From Octopus sinensis (taxonomy: Eukaryota), in contig NC_043004.1 of assembly GCF_006345805.1 (NCBI RefSeq), positions 75,144,001-75,208,000 on the forward strand: 64,000 nucleotides of DNA, read 5' to 3'. Shown piece by piece: positions 45,701 through 58,700 of the stretch. The position numbers and the translations under genes are program-made. The notes below the pieces were generated by a model. That model was not told where the DNA came from. It saw nothing but the letters and a program-made list of their open reading frames with translations, and searched no databases. Position 1 is the stretch's first letter. Every line of letters starts with the position of its first letter.

Positions 45701-48700
45701 AGAGAAAGAATAGAGGGTATCTTAAGGGATCAAATTTCGTAGAGAAAGAATAAGATAGGGAAAGCGTGGCGAAGATCGAATTAAACTTCGTAGAGAAAGA
45801 ATAGAGGGTATCTTAAGGGATCAAATTTCGTAGAGAAAGAATAAGATAGGGAAAGCGTGGCGAAGATCGAATTAAACTTCGTAGAGAAAGATAGAGGGTA
45901 TCTTAAGGGATTAAATTTCGTAGAGAAAGAATAAGATAGGGAAAGCGTGGCGAAGATCGAATTAAACTTCGTAGAGAAAGAATAGAGGGTATCTTAAGGG
46001 ATTAAATTTCGTAGAGAAAGAATAAGATAGGGAAAGCGTGGCGAAGATCGAATTAAACTTCGTAGAGAAAGAACAGAGGGTATCTTAAGGGATTAAATTT
46101 CGTAGAGAAAGAATAAGATAGGAAAGCGTGGCGAAGATCGAATTAAACTTCGTAGAGAAAGATAGAGGGTATCTTAAGGGATTAAATTTCGTAGAGAAAG
46201 AATAAGATAGGAAAGCGTGGCGATGATCGAATTAAACTTCGTAGAGAAAGAATAGAGGGTATCTTAAGGGATTAAATTTCGTAGAGAAAGAATAAGATAG
46301 GGAAAGCGTGGCGAAGATCGAATTAAACTTCGTAGAGAAAGATAGAGGGTATCTTAAGGGATTAAATTTCGTGAGAGAAAGAATAAGATAGGGAAAGCGT
46401 GGCGAAGATCGAATAAACTTCGTAGAGAAAGATAGATAGGGTATCTTAAGGGATTAAATTTTGTAGAGAAAGAATAAGATAGGGAAAGCGTGGCGAAGAT
46501 CGAATTAAACTTCGTAGAGAAAGATAGAGGGTATCTTAAGGGATTAATTTCGTAGAGAGTAGAGAAAGAATAAGATAGGGAAAGCATGGCGAAGATCGAA
46601 TTAAACTTCGTAGAGAAAGAATAGAGGGTATCTTAAGGATTAAATTTCGTAGAGAAAGAATAAGATAGGGAAAGCGTGGCGAAGATCGAATTAAACTTCG
46701 TAGAGAAAGATAGAGGGTATCTTAAGGGATTAAATTTCGTAGAGAAAGAATAAGAGAGGGAAAGCGTGGCGAAGATCGAATTAAACTTCGTAGAGAAAGA
46801 TAGAGGTATCTTAAGGATTAAATTTCGTAGAGAAAGAATAAGATAGGGAAACCGTGGCGAGGTCGAATTAAACTTCGTAGAGAAACAATAGAGGGTATCT
46901 TAAGGGATTAAATTTCGTAGAGAAAGAATAAGATAGGGAAAGCGTGGCGAAGATCGAATTAAACTTCGTAGAGAAAGATAGAGGGTATCTTAAGGATTAA
47001 ATTTTGTAGAGAAAGAATAAGATAGGGAAAGCGTGGCGAAGATCGAATTAAACTTCGTAGAGAAAGATAGAGGGTATCTTAAGGGATTAAATTTCGTAGA
47101 GAAAGAATAAGATAGGGAAAGCGTGGCGAAGTCGAATTAAACTTCGTAGAGAAAGAATAGAGGGTATCTTAAGGATTAAATTTCGTAGAGAAAGAATAAG
47201 ATAGGGAGCGTGGCGAAGATCGAATTAAACTTCGTAGAGAAAGAGAGGGTATCTTAGTGATTAAATTTCGTAGAGAAAGAATAAGATAGGGAAAGCGTGG
47301 CGAAGATCGAATTAAACTTCGTAGAGAAAGATAGAGGGTATCTTAAGGGATTAAAGTTCTTAGAGAAAGAATAAGATAGGGAAAGCGTGGCGAAGATCGA
47401 ATTAAACTTCGTAGAGAAAGATAGAGGTATCTTAAGGGATTAAATTTCGTAGAGAAAGAATAAGATAGGGAAAGCGTGGTGAAGATCGAATTAAACTTCG
47501 TAGAGAAAGATAGAGGGTATCTTAAGGGATCAAATTTCGTAGAGAAAGAATAAGATAGGGAAAGCGTGGCGAAGATCCAATTAAACTTCGTAGAGAAGAA
47601 TAGAGGGTATCTTAAGGGATTAAATTTCGTAGAGAAAAATAAGATAGGATAGGGAACTTGTCGAAGATCGAATTAAACTTCGTAGAGAAAGATAGAGGGT
47701 ATCTTAAGGGATTAAATTTCGTAGAGAAAGAATAAGATAGGGAAAGCCTGGCGAAGATCGAATTAAACTTCGTAGGGAAAGAATAGAGGGTATCTTAGGG
47801 ATTAAATTTCGTAGAGAAAGAATAAGATAGGGAAGCGTGGCGAAGGTCGAATTAAACTTCGTAGAGAAAGATAGAGGGTATCTTAAGGGATTAAATTTCG
47901 TAGAGAAAGAATAAGATAGGGAAAGCGTGGCGAAGATCGAATTAAACTTCGTAGAGAAAGATAGAGGGTATCTTAAGGGATTAAATTTTGTAGAGAAAGA
48001 ATAAGATAGGGAAAGCGTGGCGAAGATCGAATTAAACTTCGTAGAAAAGATAGAGGGTATCTTAAGGGATTAAATTTCGTAGAGAAAGAATAAGATAGGG
48101 AAAGCGTGGCGAAGATCGAATTAACTTCGTAGAGAAAATAGAGGGTATCTTAAGGGATTAAATTTCGTAGAGAAAGAATAAGATAGGGAAAGCGTGGCGA
48201 AGATCGAATTAAACTTCGTAGAGAAAGATAGAGGGTACCTAAAGGGATTAAATTTCGTAGAGAAAGAATAAGATAGGGAAAGCGTGGCGAAGATCGAATT
48301 AAACTTCGTAGAGAAAGATAGAGGGTATCTTAAGGGATTAAATTTCGTAGAGAAAGAATAAGATAGGGAAAGCGTGGCGAAGATCGAATTAAACTTCGTA
48401 GTGAAAGATAGAGGGTATCTTAAGGGATTAAATTTCGTAGAGAAAGAATAAGATAGGGAAAGCGTGGCGAAGATCGAATTAAACTTCGTAGAGAAAGAAT
48501 AGAGGGTATCTTAAGGGATTAAATTTCGTAGAGAAAGAATAAGATAGGGAAAGCGTGGCGAAGATCGAATTAAACTTCGTAGAGAAAGATAGAGGGTATC
48601 TTAAGGGATAAAATTTCGTAGAGAAAGAATAGAGGGTATCTTAAGGGATTAAATTTCGTAGAGAAAGAATAATATAGGGAAAGCGTGGCGAAGATCGAAT

Positions 48701-51700
48701 TAAACTTCGTAGAGAAAGAATAGTGGGTATCTTAAGGGATTAAATTTCGTAGAGAAAGAATAAGATAGGGAAAGCGTGGCGAAGATCGAATTAAACTTCG
48801 TAGAGAAAGATAGAGGGTATCTTAAGGGATTAAATTTCGTAGAGAAAGAATAAGATAGGGAAAGCGTGGCGAAGATCGAATTAAACTTCGTAGAGAAAGA
48901 TAGAGGGTATCTTAAGGGATTAAATTTCGTAGAGAAAGAATAAGATAGGGAAAGCGTGGCGAAGATCGAATTAAACTTCGTAGAGAAAGAATAGAGGGTA
49001 TCTTAAGGGATTAAATTTCGTAGAGAAAGAATAAGATAGGGAAAGCGTGGCGAAGGTCGAATTAAACTTCGTAGAGAAACAATAGAGGGTATCTAAGGGA
49101 TTAAATTTCGTAGAGAAAGAATAAGATAGGGAAAGCGTGGCGAAGATCGAATTAAACTTCGTAGAGAAAGATAGAGGGTATCTTAAGGGATTAAATTTTG
49201 TAGAGAAAGAATAAGATAGGGAAAGCGTGGCGAAGATCGAATTAAACTTCGTAGAGAAAGATAGAGGGTATCTTAAGGGATTAAATTTCGTAGAGAAAGA
49301 ATAAGATAGGGAAAGCGTGGCGAAGGTCGAATTAAACTTCGTAGAGAAACAATAGAGGGTATCTTAAGGGATTAAATTTCGTAGAGAAGAATAAGATAGG
49401 GAAAGCGTGGCGAAGATCGAATTAAACTTCGTAGAGAAAGATAGAGGGTATCTTAAGGGATTAAATTTCGTAGAGAAAGAAAAGATAGGAAAGCGTGGCG
49501 AAGATCGAATAAACTTCGTAGAGAAAGATAGAGGGTATCTTAAGGATTAAATTTCGTAGAGAAAGAATAAGATAGGGAAAGCGTGGCGAAGGTCGAATTA
49601 AACTTCGTAGAAACAATAGAGGGTATCTTAAGGGATTAAATTTCGTAGAGAAAGAATAAGATAGGGAAGCGTGGCGAAGATCGAATTAAACTTCGTAGAG
49701 AAAGATAGAGGGTATCTTAAGTGATTAAATTTCGTAGAGAAAGAATAAGATAGGGAAAGCGTGGCGAAGATCGAATTAAACTTCGTAGAGAAGATAGAGG
49801 GTATCTTAAGGGATTAAATTTCGTAGAGAAAGAATAAGATAGGAAAGCGTGGCGAAGATCGAATTAAACTTCGTAGAGAAAGATAGAGGGTATCTTAAGG
49901 ATTAAATTTCGTAGAGAAAGAATAAGATAGGGAAAGCGTGGCGAAGATCGAATTAAACTTCGTAGAGAAAGATAGAGGGTATCTTAAGGGATTAAATTCG
50001 TAGAGAAAGAATAAGATAGGGAAAGCTTGGTGAAGATCGAATTAAACTTCGTAGAGAAAGATAGAGGGTATCTTAAGGGATTAAATTTCGTAGAGAAGAA
50101 TAAGATAGGGAAAGCGTGGCGAAGATCGAATTAAACTTCGTAGAGAAAGAATAGAGGGTATCTTAAGGGTTTAAATTTCGTAGAGAAAGAATAAGATAGG
50201 GAAAGCGTGGCGATGATCGAATTAAACTTCGTAAAGAAAGATAGAGGGTATCTTAAGGGATTAAATTTTGTAGAGAAAGAATAAGATAGGGAAAGCGTGG
50301 CGAAGATCGAATTAAACTTCGTAGAGAAAGATAGAGGGTATCTTAAGGGATTAAATTTCGTAGAGAAAGAATAAGATAGGGAAACCGTGGCGAAGGTCGA
50401 ATTAAACTTCGTAGAGAAACAATAGAGGGTATCTTAAGGGATTAAATTCGTAGAGAAAGAATAAGATAGGGAAAGCGTGGCGAAGATCGAATTAAACTTC
50501 GTAGAGAAAGATAGAGGGTATCTTAAGGGATTAAATTTTGTAGAGAAAAATAAGATAGGGAAAGCGTGGCGAAGATGGAATTAAACTTCGTAGAGAAAGA
50601 TAGAGGGTATCTTAAGGATTAAATTTCGTAGAGAAAGAATAAGATAGGGAAAGCGTGGCGAAGGTCGAATTAAACTTCGTAGAGAAACAATAGAGGGTAT
50701 CTTAAGGGATTAAATTTCGTAGAGAAAGAATAAGATAGGGAAAGCGTGGCGAAGATCGAATTAAACTTCGTAGAGAAAGATAGAGGGTATCTTAAGTGAT
50801 TAAATTTCGTAGAGAAAGAATAAGATAGGGAAAGCGTGGCGAAGATCGAATTAAACTTCGTAGAGAAAGATAGAGGGTATCTTAAGGGATTAAATTTCGT
50901 AGAGAAAGAATAAGATAGGGAAAGCGTGGCGAAGATCGAATTAAACTTCGTAGAGAAAGAGAGGGTATCTTAAGGGATAAATTTCGTAGAGAAAGAATAA
51001 GATAGGGAAAGCGTGGCGAAGATCGAATTAAACTTCGTAGAGAAAGATAGAGGGTATCTTAAGGGATTAAATTTCGTAGAGAAAGAATAAGATAGGGAAA
51101 GCTTGGTGAAGATCGAATTAAACTTCGTAGAGAAAGATAGAGGGTATCTTAAGGGATTAAATTTCGTAGAGAAAGAATAAGATAGGAAAGCGTGGCGATG
51201 ATCGAATTAAACTTCGTAGAGAAAGAATAGAGGTATCTTAAGGGTTTAAATTTCGTAGAGAGAATAAGATAGGGAAAGCGTGGCGAAGATCGAATTAAAC
51301 TTCGTAAAGAAAGATAGAGGGTATCTTAGGGATTAAATTTTGTAGAGAAAGAATAAGATAGGGAAAGCGTGGCGAAGATCGAATTAAAGTTCGTAGAGAA
51401 AGATAGAGGGTATCTTAAGGGATTAAATTTCGTAGAGAAAGAATAAGATAGGGAAACCGTGGCGAAGGTCGAATTAAACTTCGTAGAGAAACAATAGAGG
51501 GTATCTTAAGGGATTAAATTTCGTAGAGAAAGAATAAGATAGGGAAAGCGTGGCGAAGATCGAATTAAACTTCGTAGAGAAAGATAGAGGGTATCTTAAG
51601 GGATTAAATTTTGTAGAGAAAGAATAAGATAGGGAAAGCGTGGCGAAGATCGAATTAAACTTCGTAGAGAAAGATAGAGGGTATCTTAAGGGATTAAATT

Positions 51701-54700
51701 TCGTAGAGAAAGAATAAGATAGGGAAAGCGTGGCGAAGGTCGAATTAAACTTCGTAGAGAACAAGAGGGTATCTTAAGGGATTAAATTTCGTAGAGAAAG
51801 AATAAGATAGGGAAGGCGTGGCGAAGATCGAATTAAACTTCGTAGAGAAAGATAGAGGGTATCTTAAGTGATTAAATTTCGTAGAGAAAGAATAAGATAG
51901 GGAAAGCGTGGCGAAGATCGAATTAAACTTCGTAGAGAAAGATAGAGGGTATCTTAAGGGATTAAATTTCTTAGAGAAAGAATAAGATAGGGAAAGCGTG
52001 GCGAAGATCGAATTAAACTTCGTAGAGAAAGATAGAGGGTATCTTAAGGGATTAAATTTCGTAGAGAAAGAATAAGATAGGGAAAGCGTGGTGAAGATCG
52101 AATTAAACTTCGTAGAGAAAGAATAGAGGGTATCTTAAGGGATCAAATTTCGTAGAGAAAGAATAAGATAGGGAAAGCGTGGCAAAGATCGAATTAAACT
52201 TCGTAGAGAAAGAATAGAGGGTATCTTAAGGGATTAAATTTCGTAGAGAAAGAATAAGATAGGGAAAGCGTGTCGAAGATCGAATTAAACTTCGTAGAGA
52301 AAGATAGAGGGTACTTAAGGATTAATTTCGTAGAGAAAGAATAAGATAGGGAAAGCCTGGCGAAGATCGAATTAAACTTCGTAGAGAAAATAGAGGGTAT
52401 CTTAAGGGATTAAATTTCGTAGAGAAAGAATAAGATAGGGAAAGCGTGGCGAAGGTCGAATTAAACTTCGTAGAGAAAGATAGAGGGTATCTTAAGGGAT
52501 TAAATTCGTAGAGAAAGAATAAGATAGGGAAAGCGTGGCGAAGATCGAATTAAACTTCGTAAGAAAGAAGATAGAGGGTATCTTAAGGGATTAAATTTTG
52601 TAGAGAAAGAATAAGATAGGGAAAGCGTGGCGAAGATCGAATTAAACTTCGTAGAGAAAGAATAGAGGTATCTTAAGGGATTAAATTTCGTAGAGAAAGA
52701 ATAAGATAGGGAAAGCGTGGCGAAGATCGAATTAAACTTCGTAGAGAAAGATAGAGGGTACCTAAAGGGATTACATTTCGTAGAGAAAGAATAAGATAGG
52801 GAAAGCGTGGCGAAGATCGAATTAACTTCGTAGAGAAGATAGAGGGTATCTTAAGGGATTAAATTTCGTAGAGAAAGAATAAGATAGGAAAGCGTGGCGA
52901 AGATCGAATTAAACTTCGTAGTGAAAGATAGAGGGTATCTTAAGGGATTAAATTTCGTAGAGAAAGAATAAGATAGGGAAAGCGGGCGAAGATCGAATTA
53001 AACTTCGTAGAGAAAGAATAGAGGGTATCTTAAGGGATTAAATTTCGTAGAGAAAGAATAAGATAGGGAAAGCGTGGCGAAGATCGAATTAAACTTCGTA
53101 GAGAAAGATAGAGGGTATCTTAAGGATAAAATTTCGTAGAGAAAGAATAAGATAGGGAAAGCGTGGCGAAGATCGAATTAAACTTCGTAGAGAAAGAATA
53201 GAGGGTATCTTAAGGGATTAAATTTCGTAGAGAAAGAATAAGATAGGGAAAGCGTGGCGAAGATCGAATTAAACTTCGTAGAGAAAGAATAGAGGGTATC
53301 TTAGGGATTAAATTTCGTAGAGAAAGAATAAGATAGGGAAAGCGTGGCGAAGATCGAATTAAACTTCGTAGAGAAAGATAGAGGGTATCTTAAGGGATTA
53401 AATTTCGTAGAGAAAGAATAAGATAGGGAAAGCGTGGCGAAGATCGAATTAAACTTCGTAGAGAAAGATAGAGGGTATCTTAAGGGATTAAATTTCGTAG
53501 AGAAAGAATAAGATAGGGAAAGCTTGGTGAAGATCGAATTAAACTTCGTAGAGAAAGATAGAGGGTATCTTAAGGGATTAAATTTCGTAGAGAAAGAATA
53601 AGATAGGGAAAGCGTGGCGAAGATCGAATTAAACTTCGTAGAGAAAGAATAGAGGGTATCTTAAGGGTTTAAATTTCGTAGAGAAAGAATAAGATAGGGA
53701 AAGCGTGGCGAAGATCGAATTAAACTTCGTAGAGAAAGATAGAGGGTATCTTAATGGATTAAATTTCGTAGAGAAAGAATAAGATAGGGAAAGCGTGGCG
53801 AAGATCGAATTAAACTTCGTAGAGAAAGATAGAGGGTATCTTAAGGGATTAAATTCGTAGAGAAAGAATAAGATAGGAAAGCGTGGCGAAGATCGAATTA
53901 AACTTCGTAGAGAAAGATAGAGGGTATCTTAAGGGATTAAATTTCGTAGAGAGAAAGAATAAGATAGGGAAAGCATGGCGAAGATCGAATTAAACTTCGT
54001 AGAGAAGGAATAGAGGGTATCTTAAGGGTATATTTCGTAGAGAAAGAATAAGATAGGGAAAGCGTGGCGAAGATCGAATTAAACTTCGTAGAGAAAGATA
54101 GAGGGTGTCTTAAGGGATTAAATTTCGTAGAGAAAGAATAAGATAGGGAAAGCGTGGCGAAGATCGAATAAACTTCGTAGATAGAGCAAGATGAGGGGTA
54201 TCTTAAGGGATTAAATTTGTAGAGAAGAATAAGATAGGGAAAGCGTGGCGAAGATCGAATTAAATTCGTAGAGAAAGATAGAGGGTATCTTAAGGGATTA
54301 AATTTCGTAGAGAAAGAATAAGATAGGGAAAGCCTGGCGAAGATCGAATTAAACTTCGTAGAGAAAATAGAGGGTATCTTAAGGGATAAATTTCGTAGAG
54401 AAAGAATAAGATAGGGAAAGCGTGGCGAAGATCGAATTAAACTTCGTAGAGAAAGATAGAGGGTATCTTAAGGGATTAATTTCGTAGAGAAAGAATAAGA
54501 TTGGGAAAGCGTGGCGAAGGTCGAATTAAACTTCGTAGAGAAAGATAGAGGGTATCTTAAGGGATAAATTTCGTAGAGAAAGAATAAGATAGGGAAAGCG
54601 TGGCGAAGATCGAATTAAACTTCGTAGAGAAAGATAGAGGGTATCTTAAGTGATTAAATTTCGTAGAGAAAGAATAAGATAGGGAAAGCGTGGCGAAGAT

Positions 54701-55500
54701 CGAATTAAACTTCGTATAGAGAAAGATAGAGGGTATCTAAGGGATAAATTCGTAGTAGAGAAAGAATAAGATAGGGAAAGCGTGGCGAAGATCGAATTAA
54801 ACTTCGTAGAGAAAGATAGAGGGTATCTTAAGGGATTAAATTTCGTAGAGAAAAGATAAGATAGGGAAAGCGTGGCGAAGATCGAATTAAACTTCGTAGA
54901 GTAGAGAAAGATAGAGGGTATCTTAAGGGATTAAATTTCGTAGAGAAAGAATAAGATAGGGAAGCGTGGCGAAGATCGAATAAACTTCGTAGAGAAGAGA
55001 AAGATAGAGGGTATCTTAAGGGATTAAATTTCGTAGAGAAAGAATAAGATAGGGAAAGCGTGGCGAAGATCGAATTAAACTCGTAGAGAAAGATAGAGGG
55101 TATCTTAAGGATTAAATTTCGTAGAGAAAGAATAAGATAGGGAAAGCGTGGCGAAGATCGAATAAAACTCGTAGAGAAAGATAGAGGTATCTTAGGGATT
55201 AAATTTCGTAGAGAAAGAATAAGATAGGGAACGTGGCGAAGATCGAATTAAACTTCGTAGAGAAAGATAGAGGGTATCTTAAGGATTAAATTTCGTAGAG
55301 AGAAGAATAAGATAGGGAAAGCGTGGCGAAGATCGAATTAAACTTCGTAGAGAAAGATAGAGGGTATCTTAAGTGATTAAATTTCGTAGAGAAAGAATAA
55401 GATAGGGAAAGCGTGGTGAAGATCGAATTAAACTTCGTAGAGAAAGATAGAGGGTACCTAAAGGGATTAAATTTCGTAGAGAAAGAATAAGATAGGGAAG
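42788..55500. repeat. 90/91-bp satellite, array 2 (~140 monomers)
   Basis: Same monomer, with higher-order blocks. Confidence 0.97.
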
Positions 55501-55752
55501 ACAAGGTCGTTAGTGTATAAGTTCAAACATTTAAAAACGATTAGCGGCAAATGTATGTAAGTTGTGGAAGATAGGGAGAGAAAAAATATAGACTTGCTGT
55601 GAACATCGGTGATCAGGAAGAATGATAGGGGTGCGGTGGGGACCAGGCGCCTTTAGATGGATTGACCGGAAGTCTCTGATTTGGAGAAGACGGAAGTTTG
55701 AATTTGGGAATGGTAATGGTAATGGCGATTCCGTTTTTGAAGATACCGCGAA
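55501..55752. repeat. 252-bp satellite spacer, copy 2
   Basis: Collinear with 42536-42787. Confidence 0.95.
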
Positions 55753-58700
55753 TGGCGAAGATCGGATTAAACTTCGTAGAGAAAGAATAGAGGGTATCTT
55801 AAGGGATTAATTTCGTAGAGAAAGAATAAGATAGGGAAGCGTGGCGAAGATCGATTAAACTTCGTAGAGAGAGAATAGAGGGTATCTAAGGGATTAATTT
55901 CGTAGAGAAAGAATAAGATAGGGAAAGCGTGGCGAAGATCGAATAAACTTCGTAGAGAAGAATAGAGGGTATCTTAAGGGATTAATTTCGTTGAGAAAGA
56001 ATAAGATAAGGAAAGCGTGGCGAAGATCGAATTAAACTTCGTAGAGAAAGAATACAGGGTATCTAGGGATTAATAATTTCGTTAGAGAACGAATAAGATA
56101 GGAAAGCGTGGCGCGAAGATCGAATTAAACTCGTCGAGAGAAAAGCATAGAGGGTATCTTAAGCGATTAATTTCGAGAAAGAAAAGATAGGGAAAGCGTG
56201 GCGAAGATTGAATTAAACTTCGTAGAGAAAGAATAGAGGGTATCTTAAGTGAATAAATTTCGTCGAGAGAAGAATAAGATAGGGAAGCGTGCGAAGATCG
56301 AATTAAACTTCGTAGAGAAAGATAGAGGGTATCTTAGGGATAAAATTCGTAGAGAAAGAATAAGATAGGGAAAGCGTGGCGAAGATCGAATTAAACTCGG
56401 AGAAAGAATAGAGGGTATCTTAAGGGATTAAATTTCGTAGAAAAGAATAAGATAGGGAAAGCGTGGCGAAGATCGAATTAAATTTCGTAGAGAAATATAA
56501 GAGGGTATCTTAAGGGATTAAATTCGTAGAGAAAGAATAAGATAGGGAAAGCGGCGAAGATCGAATAAACCTGTAGAGAAAGATAGAGGGTATCTTAAGG
56601 GATTAAATTTCGTAGAGAAAGAATAAGATGGGAAAGCGTGGCGAGGTCGAATTAAACTTCGTAGAGAAAGAATAGAGGGTATCTTAAGGGATTAATTTCG
56701 TAGAGAAAGAATAAGATAGGGAAAGCGTGGCGAAGATCGAATTAAACTTCGTAGAGAAATATAGAGGGTATCTTAAGGGATTAAATTTCGTAGAGAAAGA
56801 ATAAGATAGGGAAAGGGTGGCGAAGGTCGAATTAAACTTCGTAGAGAAAAATAGAGGGTATCTTAAGGGATTAAATTTCGTAGAGAAAGAATAAGATAGG
56901 GAAAGCGTGGCGAAGATCGAATTAAACTTCGTAGAGAAATATAGAGGGTATCTTAAGGATTAAATTTTGTAGAGAAAGAATAAGACAGGGAAAGCGTGGC
57001 GAAGATCGAATTAAACTTCGTAGAGAAATATAGAGGGTATCTTAAGGGATTAAATTTCGTAGAGAAAGAATAAGATAGGGAAAGCGTGGCGAAGATCGAA
57101 TTAAACTTCGTAGAGAAAGAATAGAGGGTATCTTAAGGGATTAAATTTCGTAGAGAAAGAATTATATAGGGAAAGCGTGGCGTAGATCGAATTAAACTTC
57201 GTAGAGAAAGATAGAGGGTATCTTAAGTGATTAAATTTCGTAGAGAAAGAATAAGATAGGGAAAGCGTGGCGAAGATCGAATTAAACTTCGTAGAGAAAG
57301 ATAGAGGGTATCTTAAGTGATTAAATTTCGTAGAGAAAGAATAAGATAGGGAAAGCGTGGCGAAGATCGAATTAACTTCGTAGAGAAAGAATAGAGGTAT
57401 CTTAAGGGATTAATTTCGTAGAGAAAGAATAATAGGGAAAGCGTGGCGAAGATCGAATTAAACTTCGTAGAGAAAGATAGATGGTATCTTAAGGGATTAA
57501 ATTTCGTAGAGAAAGAATAAGATAGGGAAAGCGTGGCGAAGATCGAATTAAACTTCGTAGAGAAAGATAGAGGGTATCTTAAGGGATTAAATTTCGTAGA
57601 GAAAGAATAAGTTAGGAAAGCGTGGCGAAGATCGAATTAAACTTCGTAGAGAAAGATAGAGGGTATCTTAAGTGATTAAATTTCGTAGAGAAGAATAAGA
57701 TAGGGAAAGCGTGGCGAAGATCGAATTAAACTTCGTAGAGAAAGAATAGAGGGTATCTTAAGGATTAAATTTCGTAGAGAAAGAATAAGATAGGAAAGCG
57801 TGGCGAAGATCGAATTAAACTTCGTAGAGAAAGATAGAGGGTATCTTAAGGGATTAAATTTCGTAGAGAAAGAATAAGATAGGGAAAGCGTGGCGAAGAT
57901 CGAATTAAACTTCGTAGAGAAAGATAGAGGGTATCTTAAGGATTAAATTTCGTAGAGAAAGAATAAGATAGGGAAAGCGTGGCGAAGATCGAATTAAACT
58001 TCGTAGAGAAAGAATAGAGGGTATCTTAAGGGATTAAATTTCGTAGAGAAAGAATAAGATAGGGAAAGCGTGGCGAAGATCGAATTAAATTCGTAGAGAA
58101 ATATAGAGGGTATCTTAAGGATTAAATTTCGTAGAGAAAGAATAAGATAGGGAAAGCGTGGCGAAGATCGAATTAAACTTCGTAGAAAGATAGAGGGTAT
58201 CTTAAGGGATTAAATTTCGTAGAGAAAGAATAAGATAGGGAAAGCGTGGCGAAGGTCGAATTAAACTTCGTAGAGAAAGATAGAGGGTATCTTAAGGGAT
58301 TAAATTTCGTAGAGAAAGAATATATAGGAAAGCGTGGCGAAGATCGAATTAAACTTCGTAGAGAAAGATAGAGGGTATCTTAAGTGATTAAATTTCGTAG
58401 AGAAAGAATAAGATAGGGAAAGCGTGGCGAAGATCGAATTAAACTTCGTAGAGAAAGAATAGAGGGTATCTTAAGGGATTAAATTTCGTAGAGAAAGAAT
58501 AAGATAGGGAAAGCGTGGCGAAGATCGAATTAAACTTCGTAGAGAAAGATAGAGGGTATCTTAAGGGATTAAATTTCGTAGAGAAAGAATAAGATAGGGA
58601 AAGCGTGGCGAAGATCGAATTAAACTTCGTAGAGAAGATAGAGGGTATCTTAAGGGATTAAATTTCGTAGAGAAAGAATAAGATAGGGAAAGCGTGGCGA

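Noticed and set aside
55622-55810. 62-aa ORF in the satellite spacer
   Set aside because: TTG/ATG ORF of chance length running into the monomer; no recognisable domain or splice signals.
55753-56620. Highly divergent satellite monomers suggesting an older layer (also 54000-55400 and 61100-61750)
   Set aside because: The changes are mostly scattered 1-3-nt indels and stutters typical of low-coverage long-read consensus error.
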